A stretch of DNA of 63,791 nucleotides, filler included, from Chiloscyllium plagiosum (lineage: Eukaryota): the NCBI RefSeq assembly GCF_004010195.1. It is 11 parts of 11 records of this genome, joined end to end, with 100 filler letters (N's around TTAATTAATTAA, not from the genome) between each part and the next. Parts side by side here need not be neighbours in the genome. Positions count along the whole stretch, not along the records: positions 1 to 27,316 come from NC_057723.1; 10 more parts are not named here. One strand, 5' to 3'. A program made the translations under genes and the position numbers. Position 1 is the stretch's first letter; each line of letters opens with the position of its first letter. The notes beneath the pieces are model-generated. The model saw only the letters and a list, made by a program, of their open reading frames with translations, was not told the origin of the DNA and ran no database searches. Below, one piece after another: positions 12,363 to 25,129 of the stretch.

Positions 12363-14158
12363 GCATCCCAGTTTTGAACCGGTGAAATAAACCTTCAGTA
12401 TATAAATTATGACACTAAAACTATGTATATTTACCTTATAATCTACTCTCCAGTATACAGACAAGCAGTGGCTGAATATCCCAAAGATCACATTAATTGG
12501 CCAATATCCTCAAGACAGTAATGAAAATGGCAACAGGATTTCTCAGCAACTGCTCCCCCCACCCTGAAAACCAGATGTCAGTACAACCAGACCTCAATAA
12601 AAACTTGCTTCCTTTACAAATGATTCAAATTTTTAACATTGGAAGACCAAACCTTGAAGCACTTTTTAAAACTGCTCCATTATGTTCTGCTTCAACAATT
12701 TCTGGTATTCTAATCATTAAGTTCCTTCTGTTACGTTTCACTGGGTTCTTAATGCTGCACTCCTTGCATGTGCTCATGAGTACAATTCTAACTCTTTGCA
12801 GACAGTTACCTTGACTAAGCTGAAACAACCCTTTGTTTCCCTGAGCTCCAATCATTCTCAGTTGTATCAAGCAAGTCCTGTTTGTGTCCTATCTCTCAGC
12901 TGAAGTATCAATGCTTCTCAGGTTTCATCTGAATCCCAAGTGTTCTGGATCGCAGCCAGAGACCAAATTCCAACTCTTGGCTCTACTTATTGGTTTCCTG
13001 GAGCCTGTTATAGTGTCCACAGCAGCACCTCTTTTAGCATGGAGCCCCTTCCACAGTTGGGCAAGAAACTGACAGATAAGGAGGCTGAAGGTCAAAATCT
13101 TCTGCTTTGACCAATCAACTGAAAGTGACTGTGCAGTGACCCTTGAACTGTTCAAACGACCAATTGAAAATATTGCAACAAACCTTGTTCCTAGGCAGGA
13201 TCAAATATAGTAACCGTTGGAACATCATGTTGAACGAAACAATTAGAGCATCCTGTATCTACTTGACAATTTTCACCTAACCTATTCTTCACAGCTGCCA
13301 CCTTTATAACATAAATAGAGACACTAGCCCTGGAGGTGCTGGTGTTGGATTGGGGTAGACAAATTCAAAAGTCACACCACACTAGGATATAGTCCAATAA
13401 GTTTATTTGAAATCACAAGCTTTTGGAGCATTGCTTCTTTATCAGAAACTTTTTCCCAGGGTTGAAATGTCTCATAGTAGGGAGCATGCATTTAAGGTGA
13501 GGGGGGAAGGTTCGAAGGAGATGTGAGGGGCAAGTTTTTTTACACAGAGAGTAGTAGGAGTCTGGAATAGGTTGTCAGGAGTGGAGGTGGAAGCAGATAC
13601 GATAGGGATGTTTAAGGGGCTTAAAGGAATAGAGGGGTATCAACCATGGGGAGGCAGAATGGATTGTTTTCCATGGAGCATCGGGGGCTGAGGGGTGACC
13701 TTGTAGAGGCTTATAAAATCATTGTGGGTGTGGATAGGGTGAATGGCAAAGGTCTGTTTCCTGGTGTGAGGGAGTCCAAAATGAGAGGGAATAGGTTTAA
13801 CTTGGTGTTGTGTTCAGCACAACGTTGTGGGCTGTACTGTTTGTGGTTCTATCTGTTCTGTGTTCTTTGTAAGTGCCTTGAACCTTTGCAGATTGGAGGA
13901 GTTGCTATCTGCCCTGAACTGGATTTCTGCTCTGATGTGAGGATCTTTCAGGGCAGATATGAGGCTGGCCAAAAAGAAGTGGGCAGGCAGAATTGGAGCT
14001 GATACACGTCTTGCTTAGTGGTATTGGGACAGGAAAGGCATCTGATAAAGCATCATTCTGTACCACACTGGCCATCATGACCCTTATGGTCTCTGCACTG
14101 CTCCTCACTCCTCTGTCATGATTCACTAATGATCCATTGTCTCCTGTATCTGTGATAG

Positions 14159-14293
14159 TGAAATCCAGTGGATACCTGGCGGATGTGTTGGATACCCTGT
14201 GGATTCCTGAGGCTGTGGGATTTCTGATTTTACTTATTCTCGTTGTTATCCTCATCCACAAGAAAGCCACTTCTTCCTCCCGCATTGGGGCCA
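14159..14293 (+). CDS. S1 gene exon 5: connecting peptide, transmembrane helix and start of the cytoplasmic tail
   Basis: Acceptor GATAG|, donor A|GTAAGA, 135 nt, phase 1-1, in frame with C2. Sequence VKSSGYLADVLDTLWIPEAVGFLILLILVVILIHKKATSSSRIGA: hydrophobic helix followed by HKK stop-transfer. Confidence 0.8.
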
Positions 14294-16335
14294 GTAAGAT
14301 TGACTTCCTTACCCTCCTTCTCTCTCAAATAATAAGCCAGTCTTTTGAGCATTCTCTTTGAATAATGTCCATCGGTGTAGATGGTTTTACTGTCTGAATA
14401 TTAAAGCTCAGCTGAGCACTGAGTGGAATACCAGGAGCAGAGGGCAACTCTGCAACTACTGCAACAGAACTTGTCTGGGTTTCCTTCCGTGTGAATTAAT
14501 GGGGCAGGTTCTGTACAAATCACGTTGCCTAACTGGGCAATCAGTGAATGAGTTGTTTAACGCAGCCCCCACTGTTTTCATGTTTAATTCTGTGTATGCC
14601 AGTGTAAATTCTGGGATTAGTGTCCAGAGAATATGACAGAAGGAATTCTGATTCCAATGGATAAATTTTGGTTTTGTAGTCAGGATCAACTCTGGGTTCC
14701 AATGTGCTTCCTGGGATGAAGGGTAGCCTTGTGAGAAGAGATTGAGTATGCTCACTGGGGTTTTACTGAGCGTTTTTAACCCCTGATGGAGGAATCTCAG
14801 AAGGCAGGGGGAGGGGGCATAGTTTCTGAATCAGGGACTGCCTGCCAAAGGTGAAAATGAGGAAGGAGACCCTTCTCTCAGAGGGTCATGACTCCCACAG
14901 CCTTTCACTGGAGACAGAGATATTGAACAGAATCAACACTGAGGAGGTCAGATTGTTGAATTATTGGGGAGCCAGTTCATATGGAAAACACATTGGAATG
15001 TGAAGTTGAGACCAAGATCAGATCAGCCTGGATCTTATTGAATATTGGAATGGCCTAAATATGCTCCAATTTTTATTTTGTGTTTTATCATATTATTCTT
15101 AAATTTCAGGGAGATACTGAGCTTGAACATCAACCTCAAGTCACAGGAAACTTGGACAAGAGCTATACTTACAGATCACAGAGAGATATCAGCTTGTATT
15201 GATCTACAGGCATTTTCATATTCCTCACTATCAGCAGTAACACTTCGGGACCTGTGTTAGATGTCAATCAGTCCATCACACTCATGTCTCTAAGGCAAAA
15301 GGCTGTGTTCTCAAATTTCATTCCAGGACTCCTGCTCAGCAATCCAAGCTGACATGCCATCACTGTTGGACTATAACCTGGTGTTGTGTGATATTTATCA
15401 CTATACTGAAAGCTACACTGTCAGAAGTCTAATTGGAAAGTCAGTAAAGTAAACAGCTTTGGAGGCCTTGGCATTTATTTTTAAAAGTTGGAACAATTGA
15501 AGCATCCTGGCTGGGTGTGACCAGCTCTCACAGACCAGGATTTCTAGCTTTTAGTTTGTTCGCTTTGAGATTCAGTGTCAGTTGTTGTTGAAGTTGGGAG
15601 TAAATGTCTCTCGGTCACTACTCTCTCTGAATTTTTGCTAGATATTTTTTTCTCTCTGTCTGCTTCTGGATTGCATCTGAGAAAATCTGTTTCCTGAATT
15701 TGTCTTTTTGCCAAGGGGTGTGTTTTTGAGATGTTACTATATTGTGTTATGGACCAAGCCTGATCCCTCAAAACATTTCAAGAAGGTAGCCTAGACCTTA
15801 ACTTTGCTACTTGGATTTAAGCAAGTGTACAGTGAATAGTCCAGAAGAGAATTAGCTGGTCAAACTGTTTAGTTTTAAACAAAAACAGAATTTATTTACA
15901 AGATTACTGAATTAAACACACAGAACAGAAAACCGAATACTGAATAACTTATCCTATCCGAACCCAACAAACTATCCCGACTTAATGATGCTGTTCCAAA
16001 CTACTTGCAACAATCCCACCAAACACCCCCTTGGCACAACAGGTAAAAAATGAAATAAAGGCTTACAAGTTCAAAGTCAGAAACCCAGCCCTTCTTCAAA
16101 CACACTGCTGCTGAACTGGCCACTCCCCTTTCATTGTACAAGTTGTTTTCTAAACTTGAAAGCCATCTTCCTGAGGCAGTATCTGTTAGCTATAAACAAA
16201 TGGGTGCTAAAATCTATCAAAACTCTCAGAACCTCTCTGAACTTTCATCTGATAGTTACTGGATCTATTATTTTGTTAAGTTTTTCAATAGCGTGGTTAT
16301 TCTGAATTCCTTTGTCTTTTGTTATATTATAACTA

Positions 16336-16535
16336 TGGTTAAAAATCACACAACACCAGAATATAGTCCAACAGGATTATTTGGAAGCACTAGCTTTCAG
16401 AGTGCTGCTCAACCACCTGATGAAGGAGCAGCACTCTGAAAGCTAGTGCTTCCAAATAAACCTGTTGGACTTATAACCTGGTGTTGTGTGATTTTTAACT
16501 TTGTACACCCCAGTCCAACACCGTCACCTCCAAAT
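16336..16535. mobile_element. Penelope-like terminal-repeat fragment in inverted arrangement with hammerhead core
   Basis: Arms GTTAAAAATCACACAACACCAG and CTGGTGTTGTGTGATTTTTAAC; CTGATGAAGGAGCAGCACTCTGAAAGCTA at about 16416. Confidence 0.7.
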
Positions 16536-17016
16536 TATAACCGTGATGTTTGAATAGATGGTGTTTCACTTAACGTCGAGTAGTTTGACCAGTTGCATTA
16601 CAACTGCCTTTAAAATAAGTAAAAGATAACGCATGGGCTACATTAAAATATTTTGAGGAGGGTCTGGTCTGGTTCATAACAGATGTTATTTTCTGAATTA
16701 TGATGATCTGGACTGCTGTGTCTGGAAGCGTGATGGAGTTAATTTTTAAAACAAAAACTTTTTAACTGGAATTGGATATATATCAGGGAAAAACAATGAA
16801 TTTTCGGAGCTCCAGGGAAAGCACAGTTGGGTTATTTATGTAGTTCTTTAAAAAACTCACAGACACCATGGGCTGAATGGCCTCATGAGCTGTATGAGTC
16901 TATGATGCCAACTATAGTCAAGCTGAGCATTCCCTTCATTACCCTCCCATTGTATTGGTAACCAAAACCAGGCGCTGGTTCAGAATCCAATGGACAGGCA
17001 GGTCCCAAAATGAATT

Positions 17017-17222
17017 CAGCAGGTCAGGCAGCATCCAGGGAACAGGAGAATCGACATTTCGGGCATAAGCCCTTCTTCAGGAACAAGGGCTTATGCTCTG
17101 AAGAAGGGCTTATGCCCGAAACGTTGATTCTCCTGTTCCCTGGATGCTGCCTGACCTGCTGCGCTTTTCCAGCAACACATTTCCAGCTCTGATCTCCAGC
17201 ATCTGCAGACCTCACTTTCTCC
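17017..17222. mobile_element. Penelope-like terminal-repeat fragments, inverted, with hammerhead cores on both strands
   Basis: CTGAAGAAGGGCTTATGCCCGAAACGTT at 17098; near-identical inverted copy at about 17054-17081. Confidence 0.7.
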
Positions 17223-18899
17223 CCAAAATGAATTCACTCTGCTTTTGGCAAATATTTCTGTAGGTCCCATGTGAAATCTTCCATGACCCCACGATCCAGT
17301 ATACAGCATTTGATTCTCTGTTAGAGTTCCTGGCTGTCTATTACTCCCTTAGACATTGGGTGAGGAAGATGTATTCCCGATTGTAGGGAACTTATAATTA
17401 AAAAAATGAGAACTCCGATTATGCTTATGCTGTTTCTAGGTTGAGTCTTTTGAATAAGTTTCAATAATAATAAAATATGCAGACGGTGCCTCTGTTCTGT
17501 GGCTTTCTGCAGTCCTTCTCCATTTAAATAATATTCAGCTCCTCTCTTCTTCTTGCCAAATTATATAACCTCACATTTCCCCACAGGATATTGTACCTGC
17601 CAAGTTTTTGCTCACCTGCGTCACCTGTCCATATCTCGCTGAAGACTCTTTTTGTCATTCTCACCATTGATCTTCCCACCTAGTTTTGTGTCATCTGCAA
17701 ATTTTGCTGCAGTGCATTCAACTTCCTCACCCACGTCATTTATATATATTGTAAATAATTGTCAACCCAGCACTAATCCCTGTGTCACTCCACTAGTTAT
17801 AGGTTGCTATTGTGAAAATGACTCTATTATCCTAACTCTCTTTGATTGGTCAATTCCCTATCCATACTAAGTTGTTACCTCCAAAATCATGGCCTTCTGT
17901 CTTACTAAGTAGCCTAATGTATGGTACTTTAACAAACACCTTCTGAAAATTCAAGTATATTGCATCCATTGCCTTCCCTTTACCTAAAAACCACAACTGC
18001 AGATCCTGTAAGTTCAAGACAAAAATAGAAATTGCTGGGAAAGCTTAGCAGACCTGGCAGCGTCTGAGGAGGGAATTCAGAATTAGTGTTTCAGGTCCAA
18101 TGGCACTTCCTCAGAACTGTGTAGGGTGGCAGAGTGGCTAGCACTGCTGCCTCACTATGCCAGGGCTCCGGGTTCAATTCCACCCTCGGGTGGCTGTGTG
18201 TGTGGAGTTTTCACATTCTCCCTGTGTCTATATTTGTTTCTTCCCACATACCGAAGATGTAGAAGTTATGTAGATTAGCCATGCATTTCAGGGGTAAGGG
18301 TATAGTTAGTTTCATTTATTCATTGCTTATTAGTAACAATTCTGCAATAAAGTGATGACCTGTTAAACCAAAAACAAATCTTGTCTTGAGTGTTTTATTT
18401 TCTGTCTGAAACCATTTTAAAAATCTACAGATTTCTCCATGGACTGCAGGACAAAGTCTGATCTGGGAACTGATCAGCAAAATTCAAATGAATAGCCTGT
18501 CCATGTTAAAAACAATCCAACTCACCAGAGTTGATTGAGGGAGAGTGATGAGTATCGCCCCACTACCTGCTCATGCCCACTCCATTCAGAACAGTCTCCG
18601 GGTAGGGGTAATGATATTGTTGATGTATTTAAATAGACTTTTAATAAGTGTTTAAATATCAATTAATGGTGCAGAATGTCAAGGATAGTAGTCAGTGTGT
18701 GGAAGACAGATGCACGGACTTCCAGCATGATCTATCATTTGGGTGTAGCACAGTTTCTGGGGACAGAATTTTCCGAATGCTCCTGGCAATTATCCTCTAA
18801 TCCTCATGGTGATAAAGTCCCGTTTTGTCATTGAGGATATACTCCATCAGGTTGTATGGCACTACTGCAGTGCTCGAGGGGATAAATTGAAAATTGTTT

Positions 18900-21500
18900 G
18901 GGTGATTCTAATCTGGACAAATGTGAGGTGGTCAATTACAAGTGGGAATTATACAGTGAAGGACAGAACCATTAAGAGTATTGATTTGCAGAAGGATCTG
19001 GGTAGGCAAGTCTACAGATCACTGAAGGTGGCAGCACAGGTAGATAAAAAGGCCTATGGCACGCTTACCTTCATTGGAAGGGGCATGGAGTATAAGGGAT
19101 AGACAGCTGCAGCTTTATAGAACATCAGTTAGGCCACACTTGGAATATTGTGGACAGTTCTGGTCACCACATTACCAGAAGGATGTGGATGCTTTGGAGA
19201 GGATACAGAAAAGGTTTACCAGGATGTTGCCTGGTCTGGGGGATTTTAACAATGAAGAAAGGTTGGATAGACTGGGTTTGTTTTCACTGCAATGCAGAAG
19301 GTTGACAGGTGACCTGATAGAAGGTTATAGGATTGTGAATGGCATGGATACAGTGGAAAACATGAGGCTTTTTCCCAGGGTGGAGGGGTCAATTACTAGG
19401 GGACACAGGTTCAAGGTGCGAGGGTGGAGTTTATCACACAGAGGGTGGTCAGTGCCTGGAACACGCTGCCAGAGGAGGTGGTGGAAGCAGACACAACAGC
19501 AGCTTTCAAGAAACACCTGGATGAATATATGCATAGGAAGGGAATAGAGGGATATAGATGCTGTAAGTGAAGGCAGTTTTTGTATGGAAGGGAAAAATGT
19601 GTCAGCACAGGCTATTCTTCTGCTATGTTGTTCTTTGTTCTTTGTTCACACTGGGCATCCCCAGGGCACTGTGGACCATCAGCAACATCAACAGAACTAT
19701 ACTTGATGGAAATCAGTAACCTAAGGAACAAGGAAGTCTTGATATACACCTCACCTGTCGCTGTCTCAGGCCATCACATCTTTAAAGTAAAAGCTGTTAT
19801 TCTGAAGTACATTCATTGTTGCAATGTCTGATACACAGCAGCCCATGGTGTCAGAGGGAGGATAGAGAATTGGCAAATGGGCAGGAAACAGTGAGTGTGG
19901 ATAAGGGACTTTTTTTCAGGTTGGTGACCTTTGACCGGTGGGTTCCTACAGAGATCAGTGCCGGGAGTGTAACAGTTTATAAAATATATTAATAGCCTAG
20001 AGGAAGGAAGTGAACGTACTGCAACCAAATTTTCACAAGACACTAAAATAGGTGGAAAGGCAAGTTGTGAGATGGATACAAACAGATAGGTTAAGTAAAT
20101 GGGCAAAAAGTTGGCAATTAGAGTAAAAGGGGGAAAATATGAAGTTGTTCATTTTGGAATGGAGAACAAAAGATCAGAAATAGAGAAAAACTGCAGAGAG
20201 CTGCAGCACAATGGGAGGAACGGGAGGTGATCAGTGCTGAGATTAGAGATAGAAGTTTGTTTATTCGGGATCACATTGACATAAGGAGGGAAGATGGGTT
20301 GGGTAGTCTAAAGGATATTAAGGTGGACAAATCCCCAGGACCGGATGGCATCTGTCCCAAGTTGCTGAGGGAGGCGAGAGGGGAAATAGCTGGGGCCCTG
20401 GCAGATATCTTTGTAGCATCGTTAAATACATGTGAGGTGCCAGAGGACTGGAGGGTTGCTCATGTTGTCCCCCTGTACAAGAAGGGTAGTAGGGATATTC
20501 CAGGTAACTACAGACCAGTGAGCCTGACATCAGTGGCGGGAAAGTTGCTGGAGAAGGTACTGAGGGATAAAATTTATTTATATTTGGAAAAGAATAGGCT
20601 TAATAGTGATAAGCAACATGGTTTTGTATGGGGTAGATCGTGCCTTACCAACTTGATAGAGTTGTTTGAGGAAGTGACCAAGTTGATAGATGAAGGAAGG
20701 GCTGTAGATATCATATACATGGACTTTAGCAAGGTGTTTGATAAGGTTCCCCATGGTAAACTAATGGAGAAAGTGAAGTCACATGGTGTGCAGGGCGTTC
20801 TAGCTAGGTGGATAAAGAACTGGTTGAGCAACAGGAGACAGAGAGTAGTAGTTGAAAGCAGTTTCTTGAACTGGAGAAAGGTTACCAGTGGTGTTCCACA
20901 GGGGTCAGTGCTGGGGCCACTGTTATTTGTAATATACATCAGTGATCTGGAAAAGGGCACTGTTGGTCTGATCAGTAAGTTTGCAGATGACATGAAGATT
21001 GATGGAGTAGCAGAGAGCTAATAGTAAGGGACTGTCAAAGAATACAGGAGAATATAGATAGACTGGAGAGTTGAGCGGAAAAGTGGCAGATGGCGTTCAA
21101 TCCAGGCAAATGTGAGGTGATGGATTTTGGGAAGTCTAATTCTAGAGCAAACCATACTGTAAACGGAAGAGCCTTGGGGAAAGTTGATGAGCAGAGAGAT
21201 CTGGGAGTTCAGGTCCATTGTACCCTAAAAGGTTGCTGCACAGGTGGATAGAGTAGTCAAGAAGTTATATAGTATGCTTGCCTTTATCGGATGGGGTACT
21301 GAGTATAAGAGTTGGCAGGTCATGTTAAAATTGTACAAGACATTGGTTTAGCCGCATTTAGAATACTGTGTACAGCTCTGGTCACCATATTACCAAAAGG
21401 ATGTGGACACTTTGCAGAGGGTGCAGAGAAGGTTTACAAGGACATTACCTGGTACAGAAGATGAGAGCTATGAAGAGAGGTTGAGTAGGTTAGGATTTCA
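18900..21500 (+). mobile_element. Cluster of CR1 LINE RT and 3'-end fragments
   Basis: Motifs [43 protein letters not shown]. Confidence 0.95.
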
Positions 21501-24405
21501 GGTCTTCACCTGAACCAGAGGGGTACCAATATCCTGGGGTGGGGGGGTGGGAAGGGGTGGAATTTGCTAATGCTCTTCAGGTGGGGCGGTTAAACTAATG
21601 CAGAAGGGAGTGGGAACCTTAATTGTAGTTCGAGTATACAGAAGGTTGAGAGTAGTGAGGTCAGAACTAAGATTTCAAATTCGCAAGAAGGCACCAGCAA
21701 GCAAGAAGTTAGCTCGAGGTGTGTCTACTCCAACGCCAGGAACAATCAGAATAAGGTGGGTGAACTTGCAGCATGGGTTGGTACCTGGGATTTCGATGTT
21801 GTGGCCATTTCAGAGACATGGAAAGAGCAGGGGGCAGGAATGGTTGTTGCAGGTTCCGGGATTTAGATGTTTCAGTAAGAACAGAGAAGATGGCAAAAGA
21901 GGAGGGGATGTGCCATTGTTAGTCAAGGACAGTATTACAGTGACTGAAAGGACATTTGAGGACTCATCTACTGAGGTAGTATGGGCTGCGATTAAAAACA
22001 GGAAAGGAGAGCTCACCCAATGGTTGGCTGCACCCGATGTGGCCTCCTCTATATTGGGGAGACAGGCCGCCTACTTGCGGAATGTTTCAGAGAACACCTC
22101 CCCCACCCCACTCCGGCCTATCACCCTCACCTTGACCTCCCTCCACCTATCGCAATTCCACCGCCCCTCCCCCAAGTCCATCCTCCCTACCCCTTATCTT
22201 AGCCTGCTGGACACACTTTCCTCATTCCTGAAGAAGGGCTTATGCCCAAAACGTCGATTCTCCTGTTCCTTGGATGCTGCCTGACCTGCTGCGAGATTAG
22301 GCAAAGAATGAGGAAGGAAACTGCAGGGGATGGGCACAATTGAAATGTGGAGTTTATTCAAGGAACAGCTACTGCGGGTCCTTGTTAAGTATTGTACTTT
22401 CAGGCGGGGAGGAAGTGGTCGAGTGTGGGAGCTGTGGTTTACTAAGGAAGTTGAATCTTTTGTCAAGAGGAAGAAGAAGATTTATGTTAGGATTAGATGT
22501 GAAGGCTCAGTTAGGGTGCTTGAGAGTTACAAGTTAGCCAGGAAAGACCAAAAGAGAGAGCTGAGAAAAGACAGGAGGGGACATGAGAAGTCGTTGGCAG
22601 GTAGAATCAAGGAAAGCCCTAAGGCTTTCTACAGGTATATCAGGAATAAAAGAATGACTAGAAAGGATTAAGGCCAATCAAGGATAGTCATGGGAAGTTG
22701 TGCGTGGAGTCTGAGGAGGCAAGTAAAGCGCTAAATTAATACTTTTCATCAATATCCACACTGGAGAGAGACAATGTTGTTGAGGAGAATACTGCGATAC
22801 AGGCAACTAGACTAGGCAGGATTGAGGTTCACAAGGAGGAGGTGGTACCAATTCTGGAAAGTGTGAAAACAGGTAAGTCCCCTGGGCCAGATGGGATTTA
22901 TCCTCGGATTCTCTGGGAAGGAGATTGCAGAACCTTTGGCTTTGATCTTTATGTCATCATTGTCTACAGGAATAGTGCCAGAAGACTGGAGGATAGCAAA
23001 TATTGTTCTCTTGTTCAAGAAGGGGTGTAGAGAGAAATCTGATAATTATAGATCAGTGAGCCTTACTTTGGTTGTGGGTAAAATCTTGGAAAGGGTTATA
23101 AGAGGTAGGATTTATAATAATCTAGAAAGGAATAAGTTGATTAGGGATATTCAACACTGTTTTGTGAAGGGTAGGTCGTGCCTCACAAACCTTATTGAGT
23201 TCTGTGAGAAGGTGACCAAACAGGTGGATGAGGGTACAGCTGTTGATGTGGTGTATATGGATTTCAGTAAGGTGTTTGATAACGTTCCCCACGGTAGGCT
23301 ATTGCAGAAAATATGGAAGCATGGGATTGAGGGTGATTTAATGGTTTGGATCGGCAATTGGCTAGCTGAAAGAAGACAGAGGTTGGGTTGATGGGAAATG
23401 TTCATCCTGGAATTCAGTTACTAGTGGTTTACCGCAAGGATCTGTTTTGGGGCCACTGCTGTTTGTCATTTTTATTGATGACCTGGATGAGGGCATAGAA
23501 GGATGGGTTAGTAAATTTGCGGATGACACTAAAGTCAGTAGAATTGTGGATAGTGCCAAAGGATGTTGTAGGTTACAGAGGGATATAGATAAGCTGCAGA
23601 GCCCGACTGAGAGGTGGTAAATGGAACTTAATGCGGAAAAGTGTGAGGTGATTCACTTTGGAAGGAATAACAGGAATAAAGAGTACTGGGCTAATGGTAA
23701 GATTCTTGAAAATGTAGGTGAGCAGAGAGACCTCAGTATCCATGTACATAGATCCCTGAAAGTTGCCACCCAGGTTGATAGGATTGTTAAGAAGGTGTAC
23801 GATGTGTTTGCTTTTATTGTTAGAGGGATTGAGTTTCAGAGAGAGGTTATGATGCAGCTGTATAAAACCCTGGTGTGGTTGCACTTGGAGTATTGCATAC
23901 AGTTCCGGTCACCGCATTATAGGAAGGATGTGGAAGCTTTGCAAAGGATTCAGAGGAGATTTACTCAGAAGTTGCCTGGTGTGGAGGGAAAGTCTTATGA
24001 AAGGCTGAGGGACTTGAGGCTGTTTTCGTTCGAGAGAAGAAGGTTGAGAAATGACTTAATTGAGACATATAAGATAATCAGAGGGTTAGATAGGGTGGAC
24101 AGGGAGTCCTTTTTTCCTCAGATGGTGATGGCTAGCAGGAGGGGGCATAGCTTTAAATTGAGGGGTGATAGATATAGGACAGACATCAGAGGTAGGTTCT
24201 TTACTCAGGGAATGGTAAGGGTGTGGAACGCACTGCCTGCAACAGTAGTAGACTTGCCAACTTTAAGAGCATTTAAATGGTCATTGGATAGGCATATGGA
24301 TGAGAATGGAATAGTGTAGGTTAGCTGAGCTTCACATTGGTTCCACACATTGGCGCAATATTGAGGGCCGAAGGGCCTGCACTGTGCTGTAATGTTCTAT
24401 GTTGT
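21500..24405 (+). mobile_element. Long degraded CR1 LINE (endonuclease, RT, 3' UTR) interrupted by a Penelope fragment
   Basis: Collinear EN, RT and C-terminal ORF2 motifs with frameshifts; TGTAATGTTCTATGTT tail. Confidence 0.93.
22015..22292 (+). mobile_element. Penelope-like GIY-YIG fragment plus terminal repeat nested in the CR1
   Basis: CTRCGLLYIGETGRLLAECFREHL; CTGAAGAAGGGCTTATGCCCAAAACGTC at about 22228. Confidence 0.85.
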
Positions 24406-25129
24406 ATTAATAAACGTCCATTGTTCATTATCATGTTGCTGTTTGTGGGATCTTACTGTGCACAAGTTAGCTGCTGTACTTTCTGCATTACAACAGTGAG
24501 TACATTTCACAAGAACAACATTGACTACAGAGGAGGGGAAAGGTATAAAAGGGACAATGTTTTCACGCAGAGGGTGGTGCATGTGTGGAATGAGCTGCCA
24601 GAGGAAGTGGTGTAGGCTGGTACAATTGCAACATTTAAAAGGCATCAGGATGGGTATATGAATAGGAAGGGTTCAGAAGAATATGGGCCAAGTGCTGGCA
24701 AATGGGATGAGATTAGGTTGGGATATCTGATCGGCATGGACGAGTTGGACCGTAGGGTCTGTTTCCGTGCTGTACATCTCTATGACTCTACGACTTGGTG
24801 ACGGTCTGAGAGATTGGATAAGATCAACACTTTTTTGACTCCAAAATTTTGTGTCAATTTGACGTTGGGTTCAAATGTAACCGTGTTGTCTCATTTCATC
24901 TTGAATGTTTGGTGGAGGAACGAATGTGACCTACAGTCTTATAAATAGTATCAGGTGGGAACATAGAGAAACTTCTAAATTGCACACTCTGTGATTTTTT
25001 TTTATGTGTGTGTTGTCACATTGGGAGGAACGCACTGTGTTTCTCTGGCTTCAGTATTCCACTAATCACAACACGTAATTAAATAAAAAATGTTTTTAAC
25101 TTTTTATCAATATGGCAATTATATACAGA

